Below, one piece after another: positions 11,101 to 19,777 of a stretch of 64,000 bases of DNA. The DNA is from a virus. The position numbers were made by a program, and so were the translations under genes. Position 1 is the first letter of the stretch; every line of letters begins with the position of its first letter. The DNA is taken from the IMG/VR virus record IMGVR_UViG_3300021093_000006; one strand, written 5' to 3'. Below the pieces are notes generated by a model. It was not told the DNA's origin and made no database searches. It saw only the letters and a program-made list of their open reading frames with translations.

Positions 11101-12297
11101 CTTTAAATCTTCGGGACTATATTCACTAAAATTAAAATTATTATTTGTATTAGGGACTAAAAATTTCGCCCTTTGTCTTAATCTTTTATCATTAGAAGTG
11201 GCATCCATAGAAATCCTAAATCTATAATCACCTTCAGTGGCAACACCTTTAATTCCATCAGGAGAAGGTACTAAATTACCAAACTCATCAGTTACCACTT
11301 TTCTTATGTTCATAGGAACTAATAAAGACCAGTTACCATTATCGTCAATACCATTACCTTTAAAACTATATTTTTCTATTCTACCATCAACTGTTCTCCT
11401 TAATGCCTCTATATTACCTGCACCAGTAATAACTTCATTCATTTTACCCATTTCTCTGGCTGGTTTACAATTCTTATTTAAAGAATCTTTTTCATCGTCA
11501 GAAAAAACACTACCCATAAAAATGGCAGTGGGTACTAATTCTAAATTATCGATAGAGATATCATATCTATTTATACCTAACCCATTACCGACACTTAAAC
11601 TATCACACCAATAAGGTTCAATTCTTACAGGTATATTTTCAGAAAAAATTTGTGGTAAACTATCTAAATTATTAGAAGATTTAAATTTAAATCTATCTTT
11701 AAATAAATCATCACTATATCCTTGTTCTATTAATTCAAAAGGTCTCACAGATAAAAACCCTATATCACTTACATCCATATCATAATGTAAGAAATGATCA
11801 CCTACTGGAACACCAAATAAAATATAATCTCCCGCCTCATTTGTTGTAGTAGTATATTTATAATACTTCTCATAAATTTCTAAAGTAGTATTATTATCTA
11901 ATATTTCTCTTTTTTTAGGAAATGTACCAACAGGTGTATGATCTAATGTTTGTTGATTTTTAGGTAATACATTATATCGTATACCATTTTTATTTTTTTG
12001 ATCAGGAAATGGTTCTGTATAAGGATAGATTGATGATTTAACAGGATCTTGTAAATCATTATCATCTACAGGTACAAATATAGAAACTCTAACATTTGGT
12101 ACACCAAATCCATTATTGATTATAACCCTACCCGCAATTACTCCATATTCAGAACAAAAACTTTGGTAATCGTCTTTTTGTGATATTTTTAAACTTAATA
12201 TTTCTAAATGATCATAATTTTGACTAAGATCAACATTAACCTTTAAATACCCATTGTCATTACCTGGTGTTGTCCTAATTCTAAATGATTTAGACAT
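8116..12297 (-). CDS. 1393-aa putative baseplate/tail-tip protein with N-terminal beta-sandwich, hydrophobic segment and Cys-rich region
   Basis: GRVIINNGFGVPNVRVSIF...TTTNEAGDYILFGVPVG resembles carboxypeptidase-regulatory/prealbumin-like folds. PLYTIICLILTFFGHIVGFINGILNIINGLI is transmembrane-like. Dense Cys follows. Confidence 0.6.
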   Translation of the reverse strand: MSKSFRIRTTPGNDNGYLKVNVDLSQNYDHLEILSLKISQKDDYQSFCSEYGVIAGRVIINNGFGVPNVRVSIFVPVDDNDLQDPVKSSIYPYTEPFPDQKNKNGIRYNVLPKNQQTLDHTPVGTFPKKREILDNNTTLEIYEKYYKYTTTTNEAGDYILFGVPVGDHFLHYDMDVSDIGFLSVRPFELIEQGYSDDLFKDRFKFKSSNNLDSLPQIFSENIPVRIEPYWCDSLSVGNGLGINRYDISIDNLELVPTAIFMGSVFSDDEKDSLNKNCKPAREMGKMNEVITGAGNIEALRRTVDGRIEKYSFKGNGIDDNGNWSLLVPMNIRKVVTDEFGNLVPSPDGIKGVATEGDYRFRISMDATSNDKRLRQRAKFLVPNTNNNFNFSEYSPEDLKNSQDFTINQQLSTITTGTPYANDLRNQYNYLEEFYPFRWKKVYTVKQYISRYQKLGGKNGDEARGFIGIKDILNAEGVNKFPTNRIDINLNPLYTIICLILTFFGHIVGFINGILNIINGLITQICSIKIPVGLTIYLVYCFNLPAGFEFCNQPYKNLYCPQPGGVGDCGDGTNGCGNECAASGGTVFTLKIYIKWRCIFSPLLCNKCKGICPASSTHSCCPSSQTNPSYPYNGCPSNNATIQALATAGVPSSPPCCSKCCVKIPLIGLKCADEGLDIRVTLIKSPFGNSQGCNSPFVEPFKCLNCGGLQTAGIKDWVSCVMEPVAVFLRMLKFDFYNDWVGGTLYFPLIKRKYKLKKSKRKFGQIKKDKFCDFDCRERGNSQNFQGDPSFTQWRIKIPSILFSNPTLSVNGCNAKIKGRRVTDWYGTEENDLQTPNLNLAVKELEFKGNTPSFDGCTIKFNSFTDFQNTFNAQGIPYEIKDREVPGVHGKPEYVETDGGDGTTSWENIGGHGHHRNICDDTRMMERKEYFKTSNDCSLYTTSLPSVEFLPDNQNFFENITQPEGETSDANEESECPTPTCEPDCGSNGVAPCVYDVTSYNNYIKIIKHGLITWWDNEIYYTPYIPSNDVKYNLSEYKANLMLPTTIMELGSSVFCDIDDIPFILNDIPTTTFNVSYEEFKTKLGSATPYLNGNIKEIKKFDDKKDLSLNLRAYVEFSCFSTVCSNIAATVNQSQVGVEIIDANDIGIEIGNCFLRFNHDTDVRNYFCRRFNGYKASNLKFHHMRPGSIEFNNDYQTYQPLTLTDGTPLYYNLDGEIILSEYNDGDSFITGDACGYYKTNGSVDYFYGLAPGQTSSYVNYPNGGSLNFGQTANGGIDETDDGLNGLDTIKGIKFNRTQTPYYLYFGLVPGKTALHKTVSLFFADKINATTLKGIGPSNSTVDENINNSPNVGNENQNPFTIYKTCLGETLLQQVEVGSPPILTNTNFSGNFQTD

Positions 12298-12320
12298 ATT
12301 AATATCATTTTATCCTTTTA

Positions 12321-12728
12321 TTATTTTTTATTTTCAAAAATTTCTATATCATCAAATTCTGTTTTAGTTTTATTTTCTTTTTTTTCTTTGTAAGAAACTG
12401 TATCTTTAAATTGTCTTTCACGTTTCTTAACTTCTCTGTTATGTTTAAATTTCGCATAAGAAGTTAAAATACCAATAAAAAAGTCTTTAAATTTTTTACT
12501 TACTTTAGGTAAAGACTTTGGTAAAAAGAATGTCATAAAAATTTGTCCAACTAAAACTAAAATAATTAGTGGTAATACAACCACTATCGATAAAAACGCA
12601 ATGATTTTAAAAAAGAAATTACCATTATAATTCCCATTCTGAATTGATTCAGGAATTAAATTAATATCCATAGTTTGATTTTGTTTACCCCCTTTTTTAC
12701 TTTTTTGATTACATGTTTTACATTCCAT
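12321..12728 (-). CDS. Small membrane protein with N-terminal CxxC (135 aa)
   Basis: MECKTC; long hydrophobic stretch FFFKIIAFLSIVVVLPLIILVLVGQIFMTFFL; basic C-terminus. Confidence 0.65.
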   Translation of the reverse strand: MECKTCNQKSKKGGKQNQTMDINLIPESIQNGNYNGNFFFKIIAFLSIVVVLPLIILVLVGQIFMTFFLPKSLPKVSKKFKDFFIGILTSYAKFKHNREVKKRERQFKDTVSYKEKKENKTKTEFDDIEIFENKK

Positions 12729-12778
12729 AACTTTAATTTTTTTTATTAAAACTAATTATTTTTTTAAAAAAGTAATTA

Positions 12779-14608
12779 CTATGAGGTTGAAATTGTAACT
12801 TTAATATCTTTATTTGGGTATTTAATCTCAAACATCGCATTAGGTGCACCGAATAAAGTATATCTACCTAATAAATCAATTTGTCTTGTAACATCATCAA
12901 TATATGGTTGAGCTATCTCATTTAAAGAATATTTACCATTTTCGTTAACTTTATTATAAACTCTAAGATCGGTAACATTTAATACACCTGCCACATTGTT
13001 AATATTTTCAACTAATTGTGAAAGATAGATATTATCACCCATTTCCCATTTATTTATATCAAAATATTGTGTAATAGATGAAATAACCCCTGAAATAACT
13101 TCTCCTTTTGGTACTGCCTTATCTGCAAAAATATCTACCTCAAAACCTAAATTTATTACCCTACCATTTTTAACCGTAACATAATCATTTATCATTCTAA
13201 AATCAGCCAAATATTCGGCAATATTTTGTTTTAATGCTGAAGTGGCTTCAGTAGTTAATTTACTACTAGCGTCTAATGCTAATATATAAACATTTATTTT
13301 ATTTCTTTCTTCCCACACACCTGTTCTAAAAGGAACTCCAAATTTACCAGGCATCAATGGTATTCTACTTTGATAATCTTTTATAGTTACACATCTATTT
13401 TGTGCCGAAAAATTATATTTAACTAAATTTCTTATTTCTTCCACAGATGGTTCTTCTTTACCACCTAACGCAGGAATTGGGTTATTAACACTAATACTAT
13501 TACTAATAATTCTATTTATATTGGAATCGTCTCCATTAATAATTGTACTAACTGTACCCAAAGTAGTTATTGTGTTAGGACCAATATTAGAATCTTGTCC
13601 CCCACCTATTCTATACCTTACATATAAAGTATTATTTGTTTGTGGTATCTCACCTAAAGAAAGGTTATTTACTACTCTACCTATTCTATCTATTTGTCCT
13701 CTACATCCTACAAAATCATTTAATTCAGAAATATCGGCATCACCTGCACCAAAAGTAATTTTACAAAATCCATTATCTGTAAATTCTTTTATGAACCTTT
13801 TAGGTGCATTTTTCCATTTTCCGACAACTACACCTTCTCTATCTGATACCGCATTTTCATCCTCAATATAAATTTCTGCCTGTGCCAATGCAGGTACCTC
13901 ATACCAACTTAAATCAAAATTAGAAAATTCATCTTCTGTTGGGTTATTTACAAAGTTAGTACCTTCTTTTATTATAATATTTTCAATAGATAAGACATTA
14001 TCTTCTGGTAATATTATTTCTAAAAATGGTCTATAATCTCCCCTACCTAATGTTTTTTTATAAATTTTAGTAAAACCATTTAACATTATTTCTCTTTTTG
14101 TAAGTGAGTAGTTTTGGATAATTCCATTACCGTCAATATTAGGTATTACTAATCTGTTAGGTATTCCTCCAGTAGTGAAAGGAGATGAAAAATCACAATC
14201 CTCAATAAGTTCAAATACTTTACCTGCACCTGTTGCCTGTGAACCTTTTAAAATTTTAGGTGCATAACTTATATCAAATGTATCACCATTTACAGGTATA
14301 TTAGTCACAGTCCAATCTACAATAGTAATACTAGGTCTTTTACCTGGTATATTTAAACCAAATGTTCTAGCCAATTCTAATATAGAAGATCTTTCTTGTG
14401 CGTAACTAATTTGAGTTTCATTAAACATTCTATCAGTATGGAATGATAACATATCTCCAACCGCAGCGTTTAATTCTAATAACATCATACCAACAGAAGC
14501 ATCATTAAAATCTGAAAAAATTTCTGGATAATATTTTTGAATGAATTCTATAAGTTGTAATCTTACGTCAGAAAAATTACGTGCATTATAATCAATTTTT
14601 TTTACCAT
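12779..14608 (-). CDS. Baseplate wedge protein, T4 gp6 / baseplate J-like
   Basis: N-terminal IDYNARNFSDVRLQLIEF...SDFNDASVGMMLLELNAAVGDMLSF...AQERSSILELA and GGKEEPSVEEIR...AQNRCVTIKDY are typical of gp6/J family. Confidence 0.9.
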   Translation of the reverse strand: MVKKIDYNARNFSDVRLQLIEFIQKYYPEIFSDFNDASVGMMLLELNAAVGDMLSFHTDRMFNETQISYAQERSSILELARTFGLNIPGKRPSITIVDWTVTNIPVNGDTFDISYAPKILKGSQATGAGKVFELIEDCDFSSPFTTGGIPNRLVIPNIDGNGIIQNYSLTKREIMLNGFTKIYKKTLGRGDYRPFLEIILPEDNVLSIENIIIKEGTNFVNNPTEDEFSNFDLSWYEVPALAQAEIYIEDENAVSDREGVVVGKWKNAPKRFIKEFTDNGFCKITFGAGDADISELNDFVGCRGQIDRIGRVVNNLSLGEIPQTNNTLYVRYRIGGGQDSNIGPNTITTLGTVSTIINGDDSNINRIISNSISVNNPIPALGGKEEPSVEEIRNLVKYNFSAQNRCVTIKDYQSRIPLMPGKFGVPFRTGVWEERNKINVYILALDASSKLTTEATSALKQNIAEYLADFRMINDYVTVKNGRVINLGFEVDIFADKAVPKGEVISGVISSITQYFDINKWEMGDNIYLSQLVENINNVAGVLNVTDLRVYNKVNENGKYSLNEIAQPYIDDVTRQIDLLGRYTLFGAPNAMFEIKYPNKDIKVTISTS

Positions 14609-14611
14609 ATC

Positions 14612-14995
14612 TTAGAATGTTAAGGTTACTGTATCTGTACTTGTGAAAGTTCCCTCTGTAACAGTATAAGTTAACTCCACAATTATTAATTCTTCTATGT
14701 CATTATTCCTAAATGAAATATCATTTATAATTAAATTAGGTATATATAATTTAATTGTATCATTTAGATTATTCCTTATATCCGCATGTGTTATCTCATC
14801 ATTTGGTTCGAAAATGAATTTTTTTAAATCACTACCAAAATCAGGAAGATATAATCTTTCACCTTTATTCGTTAATAAAAGATGTAATAAATCTGCCCTA
14901 ATCGCATCTTTATCACTTTTATTCAATTTAAAATAAAAACCGTTTCCAGCATCTCTAAAAGGAAAATCAATATTTATATACCTAGTCTTTGCCAT
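14612..14995 (-). CDS. Baseplate wedge protein, T4 gp25 / gpW-like
   Basis: AIRADLLHLLLTNKGERLYLPDFGSDLKKFIFEP matches the gp25 signature; directly upstream of the gp6-like gene. Confidence 0.92.
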   Translation of the reverse strand: MAKTRYINIDFPFRDAGNGFYFKLNKSDKDAIRADLLHLLLTNKGERLYLPDFGSDLKKFIFEPNDEITHADIRNNLNDTIKLYIPNLIINDISFRNNDIEELIIVELTYTVTEGTFTSTDTVTLTF

Positions 14996-15001
14996 ATGTA
15001 T

Positions 15002-15009
15002 ATAAATAT
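15002..15009 (-). promoter_or_regulatory. Putative late promoter motif ATATTTAT
   Basis: 6 nt upstream of the gp25-like ATG. Confidence 0.5.
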
Positions 15010-15046
15010 AATACTATAAAATTTTTGAAAAGAAATAATAAAATAA

Positions 15047-16951
15047 TTATTCTTGACTACATTTAATTTGCATATTGAATATTGTTCTATCTAGTGGGGA
15101 AAATGCCAATACTATTAATTCAAGATTTTCTGTTTCTTTATTAATTTTAAAAGAAGCACCTGATTTCATTATAGAACCATATCTACCTATGTTATCCGCA
15201 ATACTTCCTGAATTTATTATGTCATCGGTTATTTTTTCCGCTTCAGCATCACCATTTTTAAATATATCTTTTACGTTTAACTTACCACCCTCAGATTTAA
15301 TCGCCGCATTAATACTTTCTAATAAACCATCTTCACGTTTATAGATTATTAATTCACCAACAAAATTTCTTACAATGTTTTCCATTTGACTATAATCGTT
15401 ATCACCATCAGCTAAAGATTTTTTAATCTTTTCTTTTGTTGTTTTTGATTGTAACGGTAACATTTTTTTTCTTTCTGGAATACTTAGCGCAATTTGTCTA
15501 TATTCTGTATTATAAACATCCCCCATAAATCCACTAAAGAATTCTTGATCTCCATATCTAACATAAAATGCGTCAGGAACTACTAATGAATCAAATGCGA
15601 TTGTTATAACATCACCAGCACCAGCAGGAAAACTACTTTTAACTGTTGCCGCAACAAAATTATTTTGTTTTGTTCCTCTAGCACCTTCTTTTTTATACTC
15701 TTGATTACATTTTATTGGGGGTTTAGGTGTAATACAATTACACGCATCCTCTGTTGGTTTTATTTTACCTTCTGGACAATCACATTTTTCAGTTTTTTCA
15801 TTATATGTCATCCCATCAGGACATTTACATTCACCATTTTCATCACGTTTCATACATTTAGGGCAACCACACTCACAATTTTCATCAGGAGATTTCTTAC
15901 CTGCCTTATCACAAAAACATTTACCGTCTACTTTATATAACCCTTTTTTACATTCACATTCTCCGTCCTCTTCTAACCTTTCCATACAATCAGGACAAGG
16001 TTCTTTTTCTTTGGTTTTACATAAACAACCTTCTTTAATTTGTTCAGGAGGACATTCACATTGTTTAGTTTCTTCGTTATATGTCATACCTTCAGGACAT
16101 TTACAATTACCAGAATCATCTTTTTCCATACAAGGATCAGGACAAGGTTCTTTAAGAGTATAACACACATTTGCGGTTACCGCAACTATTTGTCCAGGAT
16201 TAAGTTTTCCTGTAGCGATTAACGTCCTCCAATACTCATCAACATTATCTTTAGTATATAAACTACCCCCCTCAATATATTTAGGTTCGGTGGTTGGATC
16301 TAATTTTATACCATAAGTTTTTCCATGTTTTTCTAAAGTTTCTTTAATTACGGCAAATAAATTCTCTGCCCTTTTTCTAGCCAATTTTTGATTGGTGGCT
16401 TGATCACCTTTATATTGGGATTTAGGTAATTTTTTACCACTAAAAGGTTTAAATTCAAATTGTGTACAAACACCACCATATTTCCTATCTGGAGGTATTT
16501 CCCATTTTTTACAATAGTCATTATCAAATTGGGGTTCTACAGGTCCACCATAAAAATTACTAGCAAAACCTTGTAACGTAATATCTCTTATATACATTGT
16601 ACCACTATCCAATGCTTCTTGGTATTCAGGATTGGCACTAACAACTTTTCTAAGTTCTATTATAAAATTTTCTACTGCTTTTGATCCTGTAGGGACATCT
16701 ACCACAAATCTTCCCGTAGCTTTCACAAAAAAACAATCATTTTTATCTGCAGTTTTTTGACCACCTTCTGATGATGATTTAGTATCTTGATTTTGTTCAG
16801 GTTTATCTGCTGCAGGTTTATCTGTTGCAGGTTTATCACTACTCTTATTTATATTGGGTTGTGATGAGGTACTCACTTCCATAATGTATGAACCCTTATC
16901 ATACACCATCAAATTTTTCATCCTTTGTAATTCCTCAAATAAATTCCTCAT
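15047..16951 (-). CDS. Leader-bearing protein with OmpA-like peptidoglycan-binding segment and Cys-rich repeats (634 aa)
   Basis: Leader MRNLFEELQRMKNLM; ITLQGFASN...NQKLARKRAENL resembles OmpA-C; CxC repeats such as CKCPEGMTYNEETKQCECP and CKCPDGMTYNEKTEKCDCP. Confidence 0.65.
   Translation of the reverse strand: MRNLFEELQRMKNLMVYDKGSYIMEVSTSSQPNINKSSDKPATDKPAADKPEQNQDTKSSSEGGQKTADKNDCFFVKATGRFVVDVPTGSKAVENFIIELRKVVSANPEYQEALDSGTMYIRDITLQGFASNFYGGPVEPQFDNDYCKKWEIPPDRKYGGVCTQFEFKPFSGKKLPKSQYKGDQATNQKLARKRAENLFAVIKETLEKHGKTYGIKLDPTTEPKYIEGGSLYTKDNVDEYWRTLIATGKLNPGQIVAVTANVCYTLKEPCPDPCMEKDDSGNCKCPEGMTYNEETKQCECPPEQIKEGCLCKTKEKEPCPDCMERLEEDGECECKKGLYKVDGKCFCDKAGKKSPDENCECGCPKCMKRDENGECKCPDGMTYNEKTEKCDCPEGKIKPTEDACNCITPKPPIKCNQEYKKEGARGTKQNNFVAATVKSSFPAGAGDVITIAFDSLVVPDAFYVRYGDQEFFSGFMGDVYNTEYRQIALSIPERKKMLPLQSKTTKEKIKKSLADGDNDYSQMENIVRNFVGELIIYKREDGLLESINAAIKSEGGKLNVKDIFKNGDAEAEKITDDIINSGSIADNIGRYGSIMKSGASFKINKETENLELIVLAFSPLDRTIFNMQIKCSQE
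15733..16146 (-). repeat. Coding Cys-rich CxC repeat array
   Basis: Two near-duplicate units CM(E/K)(K/R)D(D/E)xGxCKCP(E/D)GMTYNExTxxCxCP plus degenerate units. Confidence 0.75.
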
Positions 16952-16969
16952 AAATTAATTATAATTTTT

Positions 16970-17001
16970 TTTGGCAGTTAAAAAAATAAATATTATATTT
17001 G
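16970..17001 (+). promoter_or_regulatory. Bacteroidota-type primary-sigma promoter TTTG-N20-TATATTTG
   Basis: TTTG 16970-73, 20-nt spacer, TATATTTG 16994-17001, ATG at 17023. Overlaps an opposite-strand ATATTTAT motif (16986-93) facing the 16951 gene. Confidence 0.65.
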
Positions 17002-17022
17002 TTATATAAATACTTAACAACT

Positions 17023-17580
17023 ATGAAAAAAATACTTTTATCACTATTAATTTTAAATAGTATCTCTTGTTTTTCTCAAGAAAATTTTACCAAAATTGAA
17101 TTTGATAATGCCACTCATTATGGTGAAAAATGGAATACAGACATAAAATTATTTCTTTACGGTAATTATACTCAAGAAAACTATGAAACTGTGGTAAGTA
17201 CCGTAAAAGAATTTAATTCTCTTATGGAATCAATAAAAATAACAATTGTTGATGATATCGATAAATCTAACTCTGTAATATATTTTACTTCAGATGATGA
17301 ATTCATAAAATTATTTGATTGGAGTTCAAAAGATGTAAAAAATTCTACTGGAATAACATACATATATCACGCTGGTAAAAAAATAGTCAAATGTAGAACT
17401 CATATAGATATTATAGAGTGTGGTAAACATAAATGTACTCCGATAACCATAAGACACGAAATGTTCCATATTTTAGGTTTTTGCCATCAAGAAAATGAGA
17501 AAAATACTATTTTAAAAAGTAAAAGCGTTGATATGACAGAAAGGGATAAAGAAATGATTTCCTTATTATATAAAAAATAA
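17023..17580 (+). CDS. Secreted metzincin-type zinc metalloprotease
   Basis: Signal-peptide-like MKKILLSLLILNSISCFSQ (ATG 17023, in frame with the track ORF); HEMFHILGFCH = HExxHxxGxxH. Confidence 0.75.
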   Translation: MKKILLSLLILNSISCFSQENFTKIEFDNATHYGEKWNTDIKLFLYGNYTQENYETVVSTVKEFNSLMESIKITIVDDIDKSNSVIYFTSDDEFIKLFDWSSKDVKNSTGITYIYHAGKKIVKCRTHIDIIECGKHKCTPITIRHEMFHILGFCHQENEKNTILKSKSVDMTERDKEMISLLYKK

Positions 17581-17606
17581 AAGTCGGAGAAATCCGACTT
17601 TTATTT
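17575..17606. terminator. Bidirectional intrinsic terminator
   Basis: aaataaaagtcgga-gaaa-tccgacttttattt perfect hairpin between convergent genes. Confidence 0.85.
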
Positions 17607-17817
17607 ACTTTATAAAAGTATTACCTTTTAAATGTTTAGGTTCGTAAGGACAATGTTTACAACCACTACCACAACAACTACCTCTTCTTTTATGATACTC
17701 TTCAGTCATCACTATCCTACCTTGATTATCATAATAAAATTCATTTGGTTGTAGTTTAGGTTCAAATTCTCTTACATATAGTTGTTGGATCCAATCTTTT
17801 GACGCACCTACATTCAT
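17605..17817 (-). CDS. DUF5522-like small Cys-rich protein (70 aa)
   Basis: FYYDNQGRIVMTEEYHKRRGSCCGSGCKHCPY matches the recalled DUF5522 pattern (RGxCCxxGCxHCPY). Confidence 0.7.
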   Translation of the reverse strand: MNVGASKDWIQQLYVREFEPKLQPNEFYYDNQGRIVMTEEYHKRRGSCCGSGCKHCPYEPKHLKGNTFIK

Positions 17818-17819
17818 TA

Positions 17820-17900
17820 TTAATTGTTTTTTCTTTGATTATAGAACGCTAACAATACTTGATATGTTAACGTTACATCATTACCCCATTTAACATCCAT
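17820..17900 (-). CDS. 26-aa microprotein MDVKWGNDVTLTYQVLLAFYNQRKNN
   Basis: Fills the gap between the nrdJ stop (17904) and the next ATG (17817), with 3-nt and 2-nt spacers; below the ORF-track cutoff. Confidence 0.6.
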   Translation of the reverse strand: MDVKWGNDVTLTYQVLLAFYNQRKNN

Positions 17901-17903
17901 AAC

Positions 17904-19763
17904 TTAAACAATTTCACAAGCTCCTCCTGCACAAGCAACCTCACCAGAAAGATTAGTATTATCTTGTAATTCAATTACCTTAGATAAATCTACAGATGAT
18001 AAAGATTTCATCATATTTTCATAAGTTTCTTTATCACAATCTTCAAAAGGTGCTTGTTGGTAAGTTCCTCCGTTATACGGTAAAACAGATAAACCATTAT
18101 AGAATTTTCTATTAGTCCACATCCATTCACCAGCCAATTCCCAATCTTCTTCTTTTAAAGAAATTGTTGCAGATACATTATGAGTATTTTGCCCACCTCT
18201 ATGTCCTGGCTTAATCCATTCTTGTGAAACTTTTTTAACTCTTTCTAATAAATCAAAAGGAGATTCATACCTCAAAATAGATCCCTCTGGTGATTTTTGC
18301 GGTATCGATATAACTGCAGTATCATGAGGTCTAAAAATTTCGTCTTCTATCAATTCAGGATGATTAATAGAAAGGTATGTGTAAATAGCTTCATTTTTAC
18401 CCACTCTTATTCTTCTAACATAATAATCATTATGCCAAGCATGTATACCTGATGAAGTACCCAAAACTAATGATGATGTCCCTGATGGTTTAACTGTAGT
18501 AGTTCTAGCTGCAGAATTAATCCCTATTAATTTTGCAACTCTTTCGTTTTCTTCTTTAACCGCTTCAGACGCAGCTTTCATATCATAACCTAAAACTACA
18601 CCAGATCCAATACCTGTCATACCTACACCAATAAGTGCATCCTTTTCAGTAGTTCTTTTCCATACATCTCTTAAATAATGGAAATCAGTATAACCAGCCT
18701 GTAATGTTCCAATAAACGCCGCCCCTTTAACTCTTTTTTCAAAATCTTCTTGTGATTCAATACCTGAAGCGTTTACCTCACATAAATTACAGAACTGATA
18801 TGGTCTTAAACCTATCTCACAACAAGGATTAGTTCCCCAATCTTTATCATTTGAAAAATAAATTCCTGGTTCACCTGCCCCACTTAATTCAATTCTTTTC
18901 CATAGATCCAAAAAGAATTCTTTTGTAACTTTATGTCTTAATAAAACTGCCGAATTATTTGCTCTACCTCTTTGTGGATTCAATTCCCACCAATTTCCAG
19001 ACTTACAAGAAATCATTTCATTATCATCCGCTGAGAATAAACTAATTAATGCAGCTCTACGGATACCCCCTGCCAATACTGCGTCCGCAATATGACATAT
19101 AATATCGTGAGTTTCAATAGGTGTTAATTTTTCACCATCATTTTTAGAATCTAATACTTTTTTAATATTATGTATACAATCTTTTAAAGGTTGAGGTCCA
19201 GGTGCCTTACCACCTGAAGTAACTAATAACGCCCCTTTTTGTCTAATATCAGAATAGTCAAATATAGGTGTAGATGATTTTACACCAAAATAAGATTCAA
19301 CTAATAATTTAATTGCATCTGCCCAACCTTCAATCGAATCACTAATAAGGTATCTTCTTTTTCTATCAGGATTAGGTTTTCTAATCTCAGGTAATTTTTC
19401 TACGTGATGTTTTTGAACTGAATACCCTACACCAGTACCACCTAACAATAAAAACATTGTTTCAGAAAATGCGTCAACGTGATCAATAGGTAAATATGCG
19501 CAATTATATACCCTATTAGGTGATATCTCTATTGGTTTACCTCCAAATTGTAAACTTCTCATTGATGGTAATATTTTTTTATCATACACTAATTTATATA
19601 CCTCTTCAATTTCATCTTTAATATTAGGGTATTTTTTTTGATGCATTTCTTTGTTTCTAGTGACTAATTCTTCCCAACTCTCCCTTCTGTTTTTTTCTGG
19701 TAAGAATTTTGCATATTTCATATAAACTGTAATGTCAGACAAAATTCTGTTTGATAATTCCAT
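17904..19763 (-). CDS. nrdJ: Class II (adenosylcobalamin-dependent) ribonucleotide reductase, monomeric RTPR type
   Basis: PSMRSLQFGG, NCAY, GTGVGYSV, AGGIRRAALI, TNPCCEI (radical Cys region), TTVKPSGT, C-terminal CAGGACEI Cys pair. Confidence 0.92.
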   Translation of the reverse strand: MELSNRILSDITVYMKYAKFLPEKNRRESWEELVTRNKEMHQKKYPNIKDEIEEVYKLVYDKKILPSMRSLQFGGKPIEISPNRVYNCAYLPIDHVDAFSETMFLLLGGTGVGYSVQKHHVEKLPEIRKPNPDRKRRYLISDSIEGWADAIKLLVESYFGVKSSTPIFDYSDIRQKGALLVTSGGKAPGPQPLKDCIHNIKKVLDSKNDGEKLTPIETHDIICHIADAVLAGGIRRAALISLFSADDNEMISCKSGNWWELNPQRGRANNSAVLLRHKVTKEFFLDLWKRIELSGAGEPGIYFSNDKDWGTNPCCEIGLRPYQFCNLCEVNASGIESQEDFEKRVKGAAFIGTLQAGYTDFHYLRDVWKRTTEKDALIGVGMTGIGSGVVLGYDMKAASEAVKEENERVAKLIGINSAARTTTVKPSGTSSLVLGTSSGIHAWHNDYYVRRIRVGKNEAIYTYLSINHPELIEDEIFRPHDTAVISIPQKSPEGSILRYESPFDLLERVKKVSQEWIKPGHRGGQNTHNVSATISLKEEDWELAGEWMWTNRKFYNGLSVLPYNGGTYQQAPFEDCDKETYENMMKSLSSVDLSKVIELQDNTNLSGEVACAGGACEIV

Positions 19764-19777
19764 TTTTTAATAGTTTT

